A DNA stretch of 64,000 bases, from contig CALSCP010002822.1 in NCBI GenBank assembly GCA_943704425.1, positions 1 to 64,000 on the forward strand. The letters run 5' to 3'. Position 1 is the first letter of the stretch. Every line of letters starts with the position of its first letter. A program made the translations under genes and the position numbers. The DNA is from Ministeria vibrans ATCC 50519 (lineage: Eukaryota > Protista > Filasterea). Below the pieces are notes generated by a model, which saw only the letters and a list, made by a program, of their open reading frames with translations, ran no database searches and was not told the origin of the DNA. Shown one piece after another: positions 1-16,692 of this stretch.

Positions 1-92
<92 letters not shown>
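1..92. repeat. poly(A) homopolymer tract, probably intronic
   Basis: 92 consecutive A at the window start; similar A/T tracts lie inside introns elsewhere in the window. Confidence 0.9.
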
Positions 93-93
<1 letters not shown>

Positions 94-149
94 GGCGGAT
101 CACAGGGAAATAATCACTTGGCCACTCACTCAAAAATGTTTGGTGGTAG

Positions 150-1310
150 TCCAACTCTCCTTTGGGAGTGATTGATGTGCGCCAGTGTAAGAGTGTGGGC
201 GAGTTTCATGACAAAGACATTGACTTTGGGTTTGCGCTGGTGATGCCCGAACGCACCTACTTTCTCTTTGCGAGCGACAGAAATGCCCAACAGGTTTGTC
301 TTTGTGAGTGTGTCTTTGAGATTGTGATTGATTGTGCATGTGTATGTGTGGTGGTGGTGGTGGTGGTGGTCTTAGGCGTGGCTTCAAGACATTCAACTTG
401 CGGGGAACGTTGCCAATGTGGGTCCATTGCGTCGGTCAGCGAGTCTCTCTGCCAGCAAACAGCAACACCTTGGCGTCGGTAGTGTTAGAGAAGGAAGAGG
501 GTGCAGTCGCAGTGCAGCGCAGGGTGGAACGACCACTGACAGTGACGATGACGACGACGACGACGATGATGATGACTTTGAGGTATATTATGACATACTT
601 TGCGCTCTGTTGTCTGACCTTGATGTTGTTCCGCTTGCTTTTTGTGGTAGTCTGAGGATGAGGACGAGGGGAGCGACGCAGTACCAAGTGCTTCGGTTCG
701 ACCAGTGTCGACAATGACTCATGTGAGTCTGCAGTCGCTTGATATGGATTCTGCGCGCATGCAGAACATTTTGGGGTCCCTCTTTCGCTCAAACAGTGTT
801 GCTGCGCGTCTCTTGAAGGACTACAGCCGCTTTGTTGGCAAATCCTATCTGGAGAAGACCATTGAAGAGGTTCTCGAGTCCATTTGCTCGTCCAATCTCG
901 ACTGTGAAATTGATCCTTCACGCGCAACCAATGGTAACAATCAAAAATTCTATAATATCATTGTAATATTATTATTGTAATAATAATAATAATATTATTA
1001 TTATTATATTATTAGTCTTGTGAACATATTTTACTACCTTTGGTATTGATTAACTTTGACTGTATTAATTATGTTTCAGCGTCTACTCTCGACCAAGCAC
1101 GAATGAATCTTCTGGGCGTCGCCGACTCGCTCCTGTCAGCGATTCTCGAGGCGGCTGTTACTGCACCCGTTCACTTGCGTCTCGCCTGTGGCGTTCTTCA
1201 CGCTGAGGTTCAGAAGTGCTTCTCGCCCACCGAAGCTGATCGCGCTGTCAGTACGGAGATTGTTTATTTATGCTGTAGTGCACATTTGTAGGTTATCATC
1301 GAGCATTCAT

Positions 1311-1350
<40 letters not shown>

Positions 1351-2759
1351 TTCTCAGGTGGCTTTTTGATGCTGCGATTTTTCAGTCCTGCGATTGTACA
1401 GCCTTTTGCGCATGGATTTCCACGTCCCAACTCGACTGTGCAGGTTGGAACGACAGATGAATGCTCTCCTTCTCTCGCTCATGTGCTCACACTTTCTCAC
1501 TCACACACTTTCTCTCTCTCTCTCTATATCACTTTGTTTCTCTCTCTCTCTCTGCGTTTTTTATCTTCATGTAGCGGTCACTTGTGCTTGCGACCAAACT
1601 GCTCCAGACGACAGCGAATGGAGTTGAAATGGGTGGAAAGGAAGACTTTATGAGTGTGGTGGGATCATTTGTGACGTACAATCAAGACCGTGTCATTGAG
1701 TATGTTCGTGAGATGGCCAGTGCAGAGCCTCCAAGCACCCCCATGGAGGCGCCCAAGAAAGGTATAGAGATAAGATGACGATACAATTTCTCAGTTGTCA
1801 TGTGTAGCGGACGGCGCAGACGACAGAGATCCCCCGTACGAAGAAGGAGCTACGGTGGTGAGCGAGGATGAGTACATCACAGCGACAACGACTCTCCACA
1901 CCCATGTACAGCGTCTTGCGGGTCTGCTCAGACGAGAGGTAACACAGCTGATTTTTATGGATAAGAGAACGACTACGTCTTGCTTACTCTTCTTTTCTCT
2001 GCCACTTTTGTGTGGTAGATTGCGGCATTTCAGGTACAAGGAACGGTGCCCAAGACACCGATGCCTGAGCTGCAGCGTCACCTGCGACGAGTGGAGAATG
2101 CGGCGGTACAGGCGGTGTCAGTGGACAACAGTGCGATGTACACGCTGCTGATGGAGCCCGACATGCGAATTGTGTGTGATCTACTGGATGCGGTGCGCAG
2201 CGAGGACAAGGACTCACTGTGCCTGGCTCTTGTGACTTGGTTTATTCACAACCGACAAGCGTTGCGTCTGTTGCGGATGGTGGTGCGTCGTGAAGTGCAC
2301 TCTGCAATGAGCCTGGCGCTCGAGAACCAGGGTGCCGAAGTGCGCGGAAATGATGGGAGTCGTGCAGGGGCGGCGTCTACGGTCGGCGGTGGCAGGGATG
2401 GAACCAAGGAGCGAGCGCGGAATCGCGACCGATTTGGAATTCTACCTCAGACGCCGTCGAGTGCACTAAAAGGGTGGATGTTGAAGCAGGGAACGGGTTT
2501 GGGGCGAGCGTTTCGGCGACGTTGGTTCGTCCTGGGGCTCACCGGCTCGCTTGACTACTACGCTCATGACGACATGAACGAGTGTCTGGGCAGTATCACG
2601 CTCTCACGCTGCTCAGCTGTGCAGCCCATTGACGCACTTCGTATTGATATTGTGGCGCCCGGCCGCACCTTTGTGCTCCAGTGTGAAACTACCGAGGGCC
2701 GCGACAGCTGGGCGCAAGTCATGGCACCCTACTTGCTCCGCAAAAACGATGCCAAGCAG
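150..2759 (+). CDS. RasGAP/PH-domain protein, multi-exon, 5' end upstream of the window
   Basis: PH tail (LGVIDVRQC...ERTYFLFASD...AWLQDI); GAP motifs LFRSNS (Arg finger), CEIDPS, GGFLMLRFFSPAI, KLLQTTANG, KEDFM; second PH GWMLKQG...RRRWFVL...GRDSW; GT-AG introns between these blocks. Confidence 0.85.
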
Positions 2760-2779
2760 GTGCGAGAGATAATAATAGA

Positions 2780-2833
<54 letters not shown>

Positions 2834-2865
2834 ATTGAACTTCTTTTCATTGCCGGCTTATTTAG

Positions 2866-3297
2866 GATCCCCTTGGCGTTCCCGGCGACCTGCTTCGCTT
2901 TGAAGGACCTGAACAGGTAGGACCGAATATACATAAACAGATATAGTGTGTGAGGGTGTGTCTTTATACATTGTGTGTACTTGTGCATGGTATGTTAACG
3001 ATCACAAATTCTCAGATTTGGGCAGGTCCTTTGAGCAATGGATCGCGCGCTGTGATTCTGTTTAATCGGCACACAGATGCGAGTCCTTTTTCGACGATTC
3101 CTATGACACTCGACTTTTCCGATGTGGGACTCTCGAGCCAGTCGAGCGCGGAAGTGCGCGATCTGTACGCGCGGCAGTCTCTGGGGGTGTTTACGGGCGC
3201 ATACACTGCGCAAGTGCCGTTGCATGGCGTTGTAGTGCTCAGAGTGTCACCTCTGAGTGCATTGGAGCGGGACACTCTCTGGAGACCCACTCTCTGA
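2866..3297 (+). CDS. alpha-galactosidase/melibiase (GH27) C-terminal beta-sandwich, last two exons only
   Basis: exon 2866-2916 DPLGVPGDLLRFEGPEQ; exon 3016-3297 IWAGPLSNGSRAVILFNR...AEVRDLY...VPLHGVVVLRVSP, the typical GH27 C-terminal pattern. Confidence 0.8.
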
Positions 3298-3634
3298 CGA
3301 TAAAAATACCCTTTTGTCGTCGTTCTCCTCTTTTCCTCAGAAAAAGAAGAGAGGGGAAACGGTTTTATTGAATGCCAGAATACGACAATGCAGACTCCCT
3401 CGTGTCCATCTCAAGAAAGAATCCTTCGTATCGTGGGAAGGAGGAGAGGTTAGTCGTGAAAGACGACGCATTTTCTTGGAACCCACCAAAGATACTTCGA
3501 GCCCCAGAATCCAACCGCTCCAGGTTTTAAATTTTGCGTGCCCTAATCCCTATAAACAAGATGGATAACAAGGAGTTGACGGTGTTTTCGCAGAAAGTGA
3601 GTGAGTGAGCCAGAAAGGCTTGCTCCGAAAAAAC

Positions 3635-4085
3635 ATCTCTTCGGGCGCTTATCGCAATCTGCCCACACGCCTCTGTCTCTCACTCCGCCTTCTTTCTTTG
3701 TCTCTCTCCATGCCCCCTTCGCACCACCCAAGCATCTCTTCTCTGTCCGCCCACCCATCCCAACGCCTGTCGTTCACTCCGCCCTCTCCCTCTGTCTCCT
3801 CTCTCCCTCTCTCCATGTGCCGCCTCTAACAAAGAAATCCCACCACGCAGGCCCTCTCTTCTCTGTCCAGCCGCCCATCCCAATCTGCCCACGCTCTTCC
3901 CTCTTTCAATCCACTCTCTCCCTCTTCGTCTCGCTCCATGCATCTCTCTAACAGAGAAATCCCACCACTCAAGCACCACCCAAGCGTATCTTCTCTGTCC
4001 GCCCACCCATCCCAATCTGCCCACACGCCACTGTCTCTCATCTCGCTGTCTCTCTCCATGCCCCCTTCTAACAGAGAAATCTCAG
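3635..4085. repeat. degenerate pyrimidine-rich minisatellite, about 4 units of 100-135 bp
   Basis: recurrent blocks CTCTTCTCTGTCCGCCCACCCATCCCAA, TCTGCCCACACGC, CTCCATGCCCCCTTC and TAACAGAGAAATC. Confidence 0.8.
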
Positions 4086-5618
4086 TTCAACGTTGACGCT
4101 GTAAGGCATCGCCGGTGCATTTTATCCGAATTGCCTGAACTCTCACCTCGCTAGTCAATTTCCCCGTGTGTTCTGGCTGTTTCCTGTTGCAAACCCTTTG
4201 TGTACTCACCTTACTCGGCAGCTTTCAGGGCTCTATGTTTGTCGGCGGAGTCTAGCTGCAGCGAGCACCCACTCATTGCATGTCCACCACCGCCTACCTC
4301 TGCCCCGCTCTCTACCCAGTCCAAGCTTGCGGTACTCAGCCTTTACAACAACATCAACGCAGCCCTCGAGTGCCGCCCTAACTCTCACCCTAGTCCCAGC
4401 TCTATCTCGGCACTCCCCTCTACCTCCCCACCTCTGCCGAGTGACAGCCCACCACTCAATCTCTTCTGTGTAAAACAGACGCGCCCGCTCACGTCGCGTG
4501 ATGCCCTCACCCTCTTGCCAGCACAGAGACACACTTTGCACACACCTCGCCCATTCAGACAGAAAAATACCGGCTCTATCATAACTCCGAGCCCCACGCG
4601 CCCTCACTCGCGTGGCACACCGATCGACTGCTCGTGTTTTCACCGGAAGAAATGGTGGACACGAGCGAAAGACACAGTGTCATTCTTTGCCGTTTTATTG
4701 AAGGAAGGCAGGGTTTGTGAGACCTCCCGTTCACCGTTAGTTTACATAGGTTCATTTGACCGTCAGTGTAAAAAGCCAAGCAGAGTAAACATGACAGAGA
4801 TTACGAAAAGAGCAAGTTTTTAGATGCGAACCTGGGCGAATCTGAGTAGGTTTTCTATTCCAAAGTGTAAGAAGCGCCAAACCCAGTTCTATAGCTATGG
4901 TTCCTAGTCAGGCTAGCCTGGCTCTATCTCGCCATCGGTCACTGTCTCTCTATCTCTATGGACAGAAAATCCCATGAGACACGGCTCTCTGTTGAATAAT
5001 GGTCAAACAAAGCACGCTCAATCATTGCTTTTAATTTGTGTCGCCACACAGAGTTCCTCTCTTCGTTTCAAATTATCCCCTGTTCAAACTTTGCATGAGT
5101 CTGCCCCTCCCTGTTCCGTCCAGAGAGAAGGGAGTTTCACTACTAAATCTTTCCTGTCAAGGCCGGGGTGCTCTCGAAGTGATATCCGTTCCAACAAAGA
5201 CGTCACACATCCTTATCGAATCTTTATCTTTTAGCTACCACCAACCCACGGCCATCTCGCCACCTGGCCCTGTCTCTCCAACTAAACGGACAGAGAAGAG
5301 CTGTCCTACCACTCGTCTGACTCTCTTTTCAAGCACAGCTGTCCTACTTCGCCCCCGCTTCCACCTCTCCATCCCTGCCATCAAAAAGTTACTTACCACT
5401 ATGCATACCCCTTGCTGTTTCAAACAAAGAAGTCCCAACACCCAACGAGTCCGCGCAATTGAGCTGGGTGCAAACTCGCCTGGCTACATCTCACCCACCT
5501 CCCAACAGAGAAAGTCCCACGGCTCAGTCTTTTCTGTTTGAACCTCGTGGAAACAATCACGATGCTAAATTTCGTTTCACTCCTGTACAAGTCTCAGACT
5601 GGCACGCCAGCATCATCT

Positions 5619-6989
5619 TCACTTTGCTCTTTTAGCCGCTCCACCCCCTCCGTCCTCTTCCTCTCCACTCTCGTCTCTCTCTCGCTTTGTACATCCACCT
5701 TCCTCCTCCACGCCCTCGGGCAAGTCAACGCGCGTGTGCTCTCCAAACAGCTCTCCAAACAGAGGCGCTTCTGGCGGCCACCAGTCACAGCGCTCCGCCG
5801 ACCCCATCACGTCCACCATCTGCTTCAAGCCCCCCTCCAAGCCCGCATCTCCCCCGGCCGTCTCGAGGGCAAAAGGAGCGAGTGTGGCACGGTAGAGGTC
5901 TGGATCGACCGAGGCAGTCTTCTGCACAAACACCTTGTAGTAATAGAGAAGTGTCCCGCCAACCTGTTTGCACCCCATCTGCATCGTGCCACACGCCTCG
6001 TCGGACACGTTCGCGGGCACTCGACAGTCCACCGTGTGGCTGTTGTTGCGCTGGGATACGTATGTCGCCTGTTTCAACCACTGCGCATCCTCACTGTCGT
6101 CGTCGCCCTGCCAGACAAATCCCACTTGTGTGTTCAGCGAGGCGCCATTGAGAAACTCCAGCAGCGACATCATGGAGCGGAACTCTTGTAGCGGTGGCGG
6201 CAGTACGAAGGTCACGGTAAGCATGTCACTGACGGTGTACCGCTGCATGGGAAGCTCCCGGCCATGAATCAATTGCACATACACCCATTGTTGCGTGCGT
6301 GCCAGAGCGCGGAGGGAGCGGAAGCGCGTTTGAAACAGAAAAACAACGGCATGTTCCTGCGTCGATGGACGCGGCAGTTGTCGCAGAGTGGTGGCGACTG
6401 ACGCAGCCGTCACACGCTGTCCTTGGACCCGGAGTGCACGTGCGACCTGCTCCTTTACCTCGGCAATGTCGCCACGAGAGCGCGCCGTCGGCATGAGTTT
6501 CAACAGAGAAACGGGAGTGGGGAGTACGAGTGCGATGGGCTGCGACATTTTCGCCTCGCCTTCGTTGTGGTATGCGACGGGAACGTGGTACACTCGCTCG
6601 CGCTCCTCTTGGCTCCACCGACTCAGGAAGGCCATCGCTCGTTCTTCACGCATACCAGGTGCTTGTCGGATGTACCGCTCTAGCGTCAGCAGGACGTGGT
6701 CCACTTGATCCTTCTGCCATATATACTCGGCACCTTGGAGAAGCGCCGGTGCAGCCACGCACGCGTTCCAGTCCCCAATGCCATCGGTGCCGATGCCGAG
6801 CTGGCCGTCATCACCAAGGCCCTGCACCCCCTCGTCAGCCAGAATCCTCTCGGCCAGCTTGTTGGTGAGTCTCGCGCCAACGCCGCGGCCGCGCTCAGGG
6901 TTGCCGCCCGGCCGCACTCGTGAGCGACCGTGACCGATTCCCGAGGAGCTCAACATTCTCCAGTTGCTTGATAGTGACAAGGTGTGCAT
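5619..6989 (-). CDS. hypothetical protein, intronless, about 456 aa from the first ATG
   Basis: long open frame with natural composition, an acidic tail and a basic end (AAKRAK); no recognised domain; true start uncertain. Confidence 0.55.
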   Translation of the reverse strand: MHTLSLSSNWRMLSSSGIGHGRSRVRPGGNPERGRGVGARLTNKLAERILADEGVQGLGDDGQLGIGTDGIGDWNACVAAPALLQGAEYIWQKDQVDHVLLTLERYIRQAPGMREERAMAFLSRWSQEERERVYHVPVAYHNEGEAKMSQPIALVLPTPVSLLKLMPTARSRGDIAEVKEQVARALRVQGQRVTAASVATTLRQLPRPSTQEHAVVFLFQTRFRSLRALARTQQWVYVQLIHGRELPMQRYTVSDMLTVTFVLPPPLQEFRSMMSLLEFLNGASLNTQVGFVWQGDDDSEDAQWLKQATYVSQRNNSHTVDCRVPANVSDEACGTMQMGCKQVGGTLLYYYKVFVQKTASVDPDLYRATLAPFALETAGGDAGLEGGLKQMVDVMGSAERCDWWPPEAPLFGELFGEHTRVDLPEGVEEEGGCTKRERDESGEEEDGGGGAAKRAK

Positions 6990-9615
6990 GGACACGGATG
7001 CAGACGACCTGGTCGACGGCCATGCTGCTCATGAGGCTGCACACAGTCTCGAGGCTGCCTCAATTGTTGCTCACCCAGGCGGTTTCACTGGCGCCATGTA
7101 CTCGGCCTCAGGCGCCTTTGTCGTCGCACCCACTTCGCGCGTGGAACTTTCTAGTACTGTCGTGCACGCCACGGCCGCGCGTGCGCGTGTCCATCTCTCT
7201 GCCTCCTCTGTCACAGCCGAATTTGTCCCTCCCGCCAGTGCTCGTGATGCCCCCGTCGCTCCTGGTTCCGCTACTGAAGTCGAACGGGGTGCGTCATTGA
7301 CCACTGCCCCGTTGACGACGCCGATCGATGCAGACTATTTCGCTCCTTGCTCCAATGTTGCTGCTCAGTGGCTAGAGCACAGCAATGGCCTGCACAATCG
7401 CACCATTGGAGGTCTCGCGCGTGCAGACAACGTCGCTCAGGATGTCGCCGTGCTCGCCCGGCCCGAGCCAGGTGAGGCACTTGCCTCCACAACAGCGAGC
7501 GGTCGCCTCACGCCTGCCGAGCTTGAATTTCGTCGTCGCCATCGTGGCTCCTTTGAGCTCCTGTTGCATCGTGCAGTCACGCCTGATGGTCCAAACGAGA
7601 GTCTTCTTGGTGTGCCGTTCGCCCCATCGACGATTGTCGCCGGTGCCGCCCGAAGCGCTTCGCCGTCCGTTGCCGCAGCTCGCGTGCTTGCTCGCTCGCA
7701 GGTTGCTTTCGCTGGTCACACCCCACCCACTATTGCTGAGGTCGCGGTTCTCTACAGTCTCAACGAGCTGCAGCATCGCGCGTTTACTCTAGCCGCGCTG
7801 GAACTCTTTCGTCACATGCTACGGGACCGTTCGCTCGCCTTGCCTGCAAATGCAAGTCGTGCGCGTCGCGAAGCCCTTGACGACGCTCGTAAGCGCATTA
7901 ATGTGCACTTTCAGCATGCGGGCGACGAAGGTTTACGCATGGCATTGCAGGGGCAGGGTGGCACTGGCAAGACAGAGGTTGTCAAGGCCATCATGTATTT
8001 TGCTGAGAGGTGGGGAATCGCTTCACACGTTGCTCTCACCGCCAGTACCGGCTCAGCTGCTATCAACATTGGGGGTGACACCGTTCACTCCTACGTGGGT
8101 ATCAGCGGTGTCAAGCGCGACCGAGAGCAGGAGAATTTGCCTCCGAACATTGCCCAACGCATCCGCAGCACGTGGTTGCTCGTCATTGACGAAATTTCCA
8201 TGCTGCCGGCCGACGTGCTTGGCAAGACGCTCCTGCGTTACGACAAAGTCGGCAAAGCTGTCCGCCAGCTTGCGTCCTTCCTCATCCTCGGTGATTTCTA
8301 CCAATGCGAGTGCGTCGGCGTCGGCGTCCACAAGATCTCCGCCAAAATCGACTCAGCTCACGCCCTGCGAGGCATTGACTTTTGGCGCAATCAAATCAAC
8401 TGTGTCATTCTTCTCACTGAAAACTGGCGCTCCAAGGGGGACCCTACCTTCCAGAGTATTCTCACAGCAATGCGCAATGGCTACAACGGCCCTCCAAACT
8501 CACTCACACCAGCACAACTCGCTCTTCTCAACTCTCGTGTGGTCGGCACAGAGACCGACTCGGGTGTTCCTCTCACCGTCCCTCGCAGCGCCAATGTCGT
8601 CTCTGCCACCAACAAAGTCCGTCGGGCCCTTGTTGTGTACGACTTTGCACGCGAGATGCTCCAACGCCAGTCAATCGCTGCCGCCGTCACGCCTCACATA
8701 AGCGCCGATGCCCAGCGCTATGGCATTGCGCTTCGAGCCCACCTGTGCGGCGCAAGCGATGCCGACATTGCACGTGTCTTTCTCACCCTTCAGTCGCGCG
8801 ACGTCACCGATCAGAGCACACTCAACACGCCCCATTGGAAACTTCAAGGTCGCTGGCCCACCTTGCGCCTCTATGTTGGCCAGGAAGTCTCCTTCACCTC
8901 CAATCTCTGTGTGTCCAATGGAAGTGTCGGCAATGGCACTCGCGGTACCGTTGTCGGCTTTGCCTTCCACCCTGGCACCACCTTCACACTCGTGCGCGAA
9001 CGCTGCGTTGTCTCCCCTACACCATCCGCTGCTGCCACCAGCGCTGACCCCCAACCGCCTATCAAACTCGACTACCCACTGCTCGTGCCCACACCCCCGC
9101 GGATTGCCGGTCAAGATCCCCTCACTCCAATCATCGCTGTTTTCGTCAAGGTGCCCGATGCCTCCTTCCCCTCGTTTTCCGGCCTTCCTTCAAACGTTTA
9201 CCCTGTCCTATACCCACCCAAAACTGTAGCTGCCGGCTGTGCTGATCGCCCAATTCGACTCAACGTCCGCTACGGCTCCCGTCCCCCTTTCACAGTCATC
9301 TTTCGTCAGTTGCCCATTGAGCCCGCCTGCGCCACAACCATTCACAAGTCCCAGGGTCGCACCTTTGACAACGTCTACATCGCCGACTTTACTCGTCGCA
9401 TCGGCATCCTCTACACCGCCATCTCACGCTCCCGTTCCCTCACGGGCATCTTCCTCCCACGAACTCTGCTCGCCAAAGACATCATCGCGTGTCGTCTCAC
9501 TGGTGACCTCCTTGACAACCACAAGCGCCTTGAGGTCAAAGCCGCCGCTTGCCGCAAGCGTGACGGCCTTCTCTCCGTCGCCGAGGCGCGCAGCTCGACA
9601 AATGCTATTTCCTAA
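6988..9615 (+). CDS. Pif1-family SF1B DNA helicase resembling Helitron/Helentron helicases, intronless
   Basis: LNELQHRAF, GQGGTGKT (Walker A), TASTGSAAINIGGDTVHS, LVIDEISM (Walker B), GDFYQ, LTENWR, NGTRGTV, QLPIEPACATTIHKSQGRT, LYTAISRSRS. Confidence 0.9.
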   Translation: MDTDADDLVDGHAAHEAAHSLEAASIVAHPGGFTGAMYSASGAFVVAPTSRVELSSTVVHATAARARVHLSASSVTAEFVPPASARDAPVAPGSATEVERGASLTTAPLTTPIDADYFAPCSNVAAQWLEHSNGLHNRTIGGLARADNVAQDVAVLARPEPGEALASTTASGRLTPAELEFRRRHRGSFELLLHRAVTPDGPNESLLGVPFAPSTIVAGAARSASPSVAAARVLARSQVAFAGHTPPTIAEVAVLYSLNELQHRAFTLAALELFRHMLRDRSLALPANASRARREALDDARKRINVHFQHAGDEGLRMALQGQGGTGKTEVVKAIMYFAERWGIASHVALTASTGSAAINIGGDTVHSYVGISGVKRDREQENLPPNIAQRIRSTWLLVIDEISMLPADVLGKTLLRYDKVGKAVRQLASFLILGDFYQCECVGVGVHKISAKIDSAHALRGIDFWRNQINCVILLTENWRSKGDPTFQSILTAMRNGYNGPPNSLTPAQLALLNSRVVGTETDSGVPLTVPRSANVVSATNKVRRALVVYDFAREMLQRQSIAAAVTPHISADAQRYGIALRAHLCGASDADIARVFLTLQSRDVTDQSTLNTPHWKLQGRWPTLRLYVGQEVSFTSNLCVSNGSVGNGTRGTVVGFAFHPGTTFTLVRERCVVSPTPSAAATSADPQPPIKLDYPLLVPTPPRIAGQDPLTPIIAVFVKVPDASFPSFSGLPSNVYPVLYPPKTVAAGCADRPIRLNVRYGSRPPFTVIFRQLPIEPACATTIHKSQGRTFDNVYIADFTRRIGILYTAISRSRSLTGIFLPRTLLAKDIIACRLTGDLLDNHKRLEVKAAACRKRDGLLSVAEARSSTNAIS

Positions 9616-9871
9616 CTCAAGTGAAATGTACAATAATGTAACAGTCTATTATATTAAATCCTTTCTCCCCATCTTTTCTATTTTCCTTCTCTCCTTGCAT
9701 TGAATAACTCGTGCGCGGAAGAGATTCGGGCGTCTCTGAGGCGTTCTCTCCACCAGTGGCGCCACATGGGCCGATCATTAGGGTCGGTCAGGAAGGAGTG
9801 TGATGACCAACCCGCCCTGCACTTGGTGTCTGGTTGCTGGTCGTTGGCCATGACGCGTCGCANNNNNNNNN

Positions 9872-9905
<34 letters not shown>

Positions 9906-9974
9906 AGAAGAAGAAGAAGAAGAAGAAGAAGAAGAAGAAAGGATAGAGAAAGAAACACAGTGGTAAGTCGAGTG

Positions 9975-15241
<5,267 letters not shown>

Positions 15242-15629
15242 GGGCGGTTGGCTGGAGGGCGTGTGGGAGAGGGTGAGAGGTGAGTGGATGGTGGAGAGGG
15301 CTTAGCGAAAGGGCTAAGGGGAGAGAATGAGTTTTTGTCGAACCTGATCCCTGGCCCAGCGGGGGAGCGAGGAAAGAAGACTCCTGCCATGTTGAAATGC
15401 GGTTACTCGCGATAGCAAGACAACTGAAGAAGAACTGAAGAAGTATGTGAAAAAAAAGAAAATATTGAGTTCAGAACTCCCGAAAAAAAAAAACACACAG
15501 ACGAATATGACGATGAAATAAGGTTTGCTTGAATACACGGTTCTCAGGCTAAACTCGATCAAAGGATCAACTGAGCAGCGAGAAAGGATGTAAGTAGAAA
15601 CAAAAGAAAAGAATGGGGTTTATTTCAAA

Positions 15630-16658
15630 TTAGGTTGCAACTGGCGGACTCTGTTTGACGTTGAGGAGCACATTGCGCATGCGGGAGGTGTCACGCTGGG
15701 ACTTTGCGGCCTTAGGGTTGAAATCGACGAGCTTGGAAATGCGCTCGAACGGAGCGCCGGCGGAAGAATCGTCGCGCTCGGCAATGAACGCTGCCTCGCC
15801 TTCGCGGTTTGCAGCCTTAGTCTTGGTCAGCTGCTCGGCGTACCGTGCGTGCCAGTCGTCGTGCTCCTGCTTTGCCTTCTCGCGCAGCGCATCCACCGCC
15901 TGCTTCTCCTCGGCGTCCTGTGCCTCCAATTGCTTGTCGCGCTCCTCTCGCCATGCCGTAATTGCAGCGGAGTCTCCCGACACAGCCGCAATCGAGGCGT
16001 ACGGATCGGCTGCCTCCTCTGCCTCCGGCTCCTAAACCACCAGTCAGTACAAAAACACTCTCATTTCCCCAGCCTGTAGCTGTACAACCAAAAGCACAGC
16101 CTACCTCAAAGGCGCCGGCTCCTTCAAAGCTACCGCCGCTCATGAGCCCCTCATCGGTGTAGCCACCGCCAAAGTCGCCGTCCGTCGTCGGTGCCACATA
16201 GCCGTCCGCACCGCCCTCAAACGCCCCACTGTCCGCGCCTCCCTCAAACGCGCCGCCATCAACACCCCCCTCGAACGCTCCGCCGTCAACAAAGGCGCCG
16301 CCTGCGTTGAATTCGCTCGTTTCCAAGTTGGTCTAAGAAGGAGACGGATGGAAAAAAAAAATGAGAGAGAGAGAGAGAGAAGATTGTGAAAAAGTCGACA
16401 TCGGAGAGAGACACGTCGAAAAGACGACACAGAGGCGCTGGAGCAGTGCTGGTACAATGCGCTTGGGGCAAGCGACGAGTGGATGGTGCGCTGTGCGGCG
16501 TCACAGAGACAAAAGTTTGGACATGAAAATACAAACCCCAAAGCGACGTTGCACAGCCGCACAGCCCTCATACCCACGTGAAACACCGCGTGAAAAGGCA
16601 AGCTATGGCGCGCGTTGATGGCGCAGAGACGCATTAAAACTCGATAAAAAGAGAGTTC

Positions 16659-16692
<34 letters not shown>

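Noticed and set aside
3551-3602. TATAAA followed by a mini-exon MDNKELTVFSQK|gtgagt as the 5' exon of the helicase
   Set aside because: No convincing downstream acceptor or exon could be tied to it
3635-4085. Possible CRISPR-like repeat-spacer array
   Set aside because: Units are degenerate, the intervening sequences are related to each other, the context is eukaryotic and no cas genes are present; it is a minisatellite
6696-6933. Remnant of a Helitron Rep upstream of the helicase (RVPVPNAIG...)
   Set aside because: Different frame from the helicase, no HUH or LFxPWR-type motif, and explainable as antisense of the minus-strand ORF
9680-9861. Minus-strand reading frame (…WRHWWRERLRDARISS…) as the last Raptor exon
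   Set aside because: No WD40 or Raptor similarity and separated by an N gap; left unassigned
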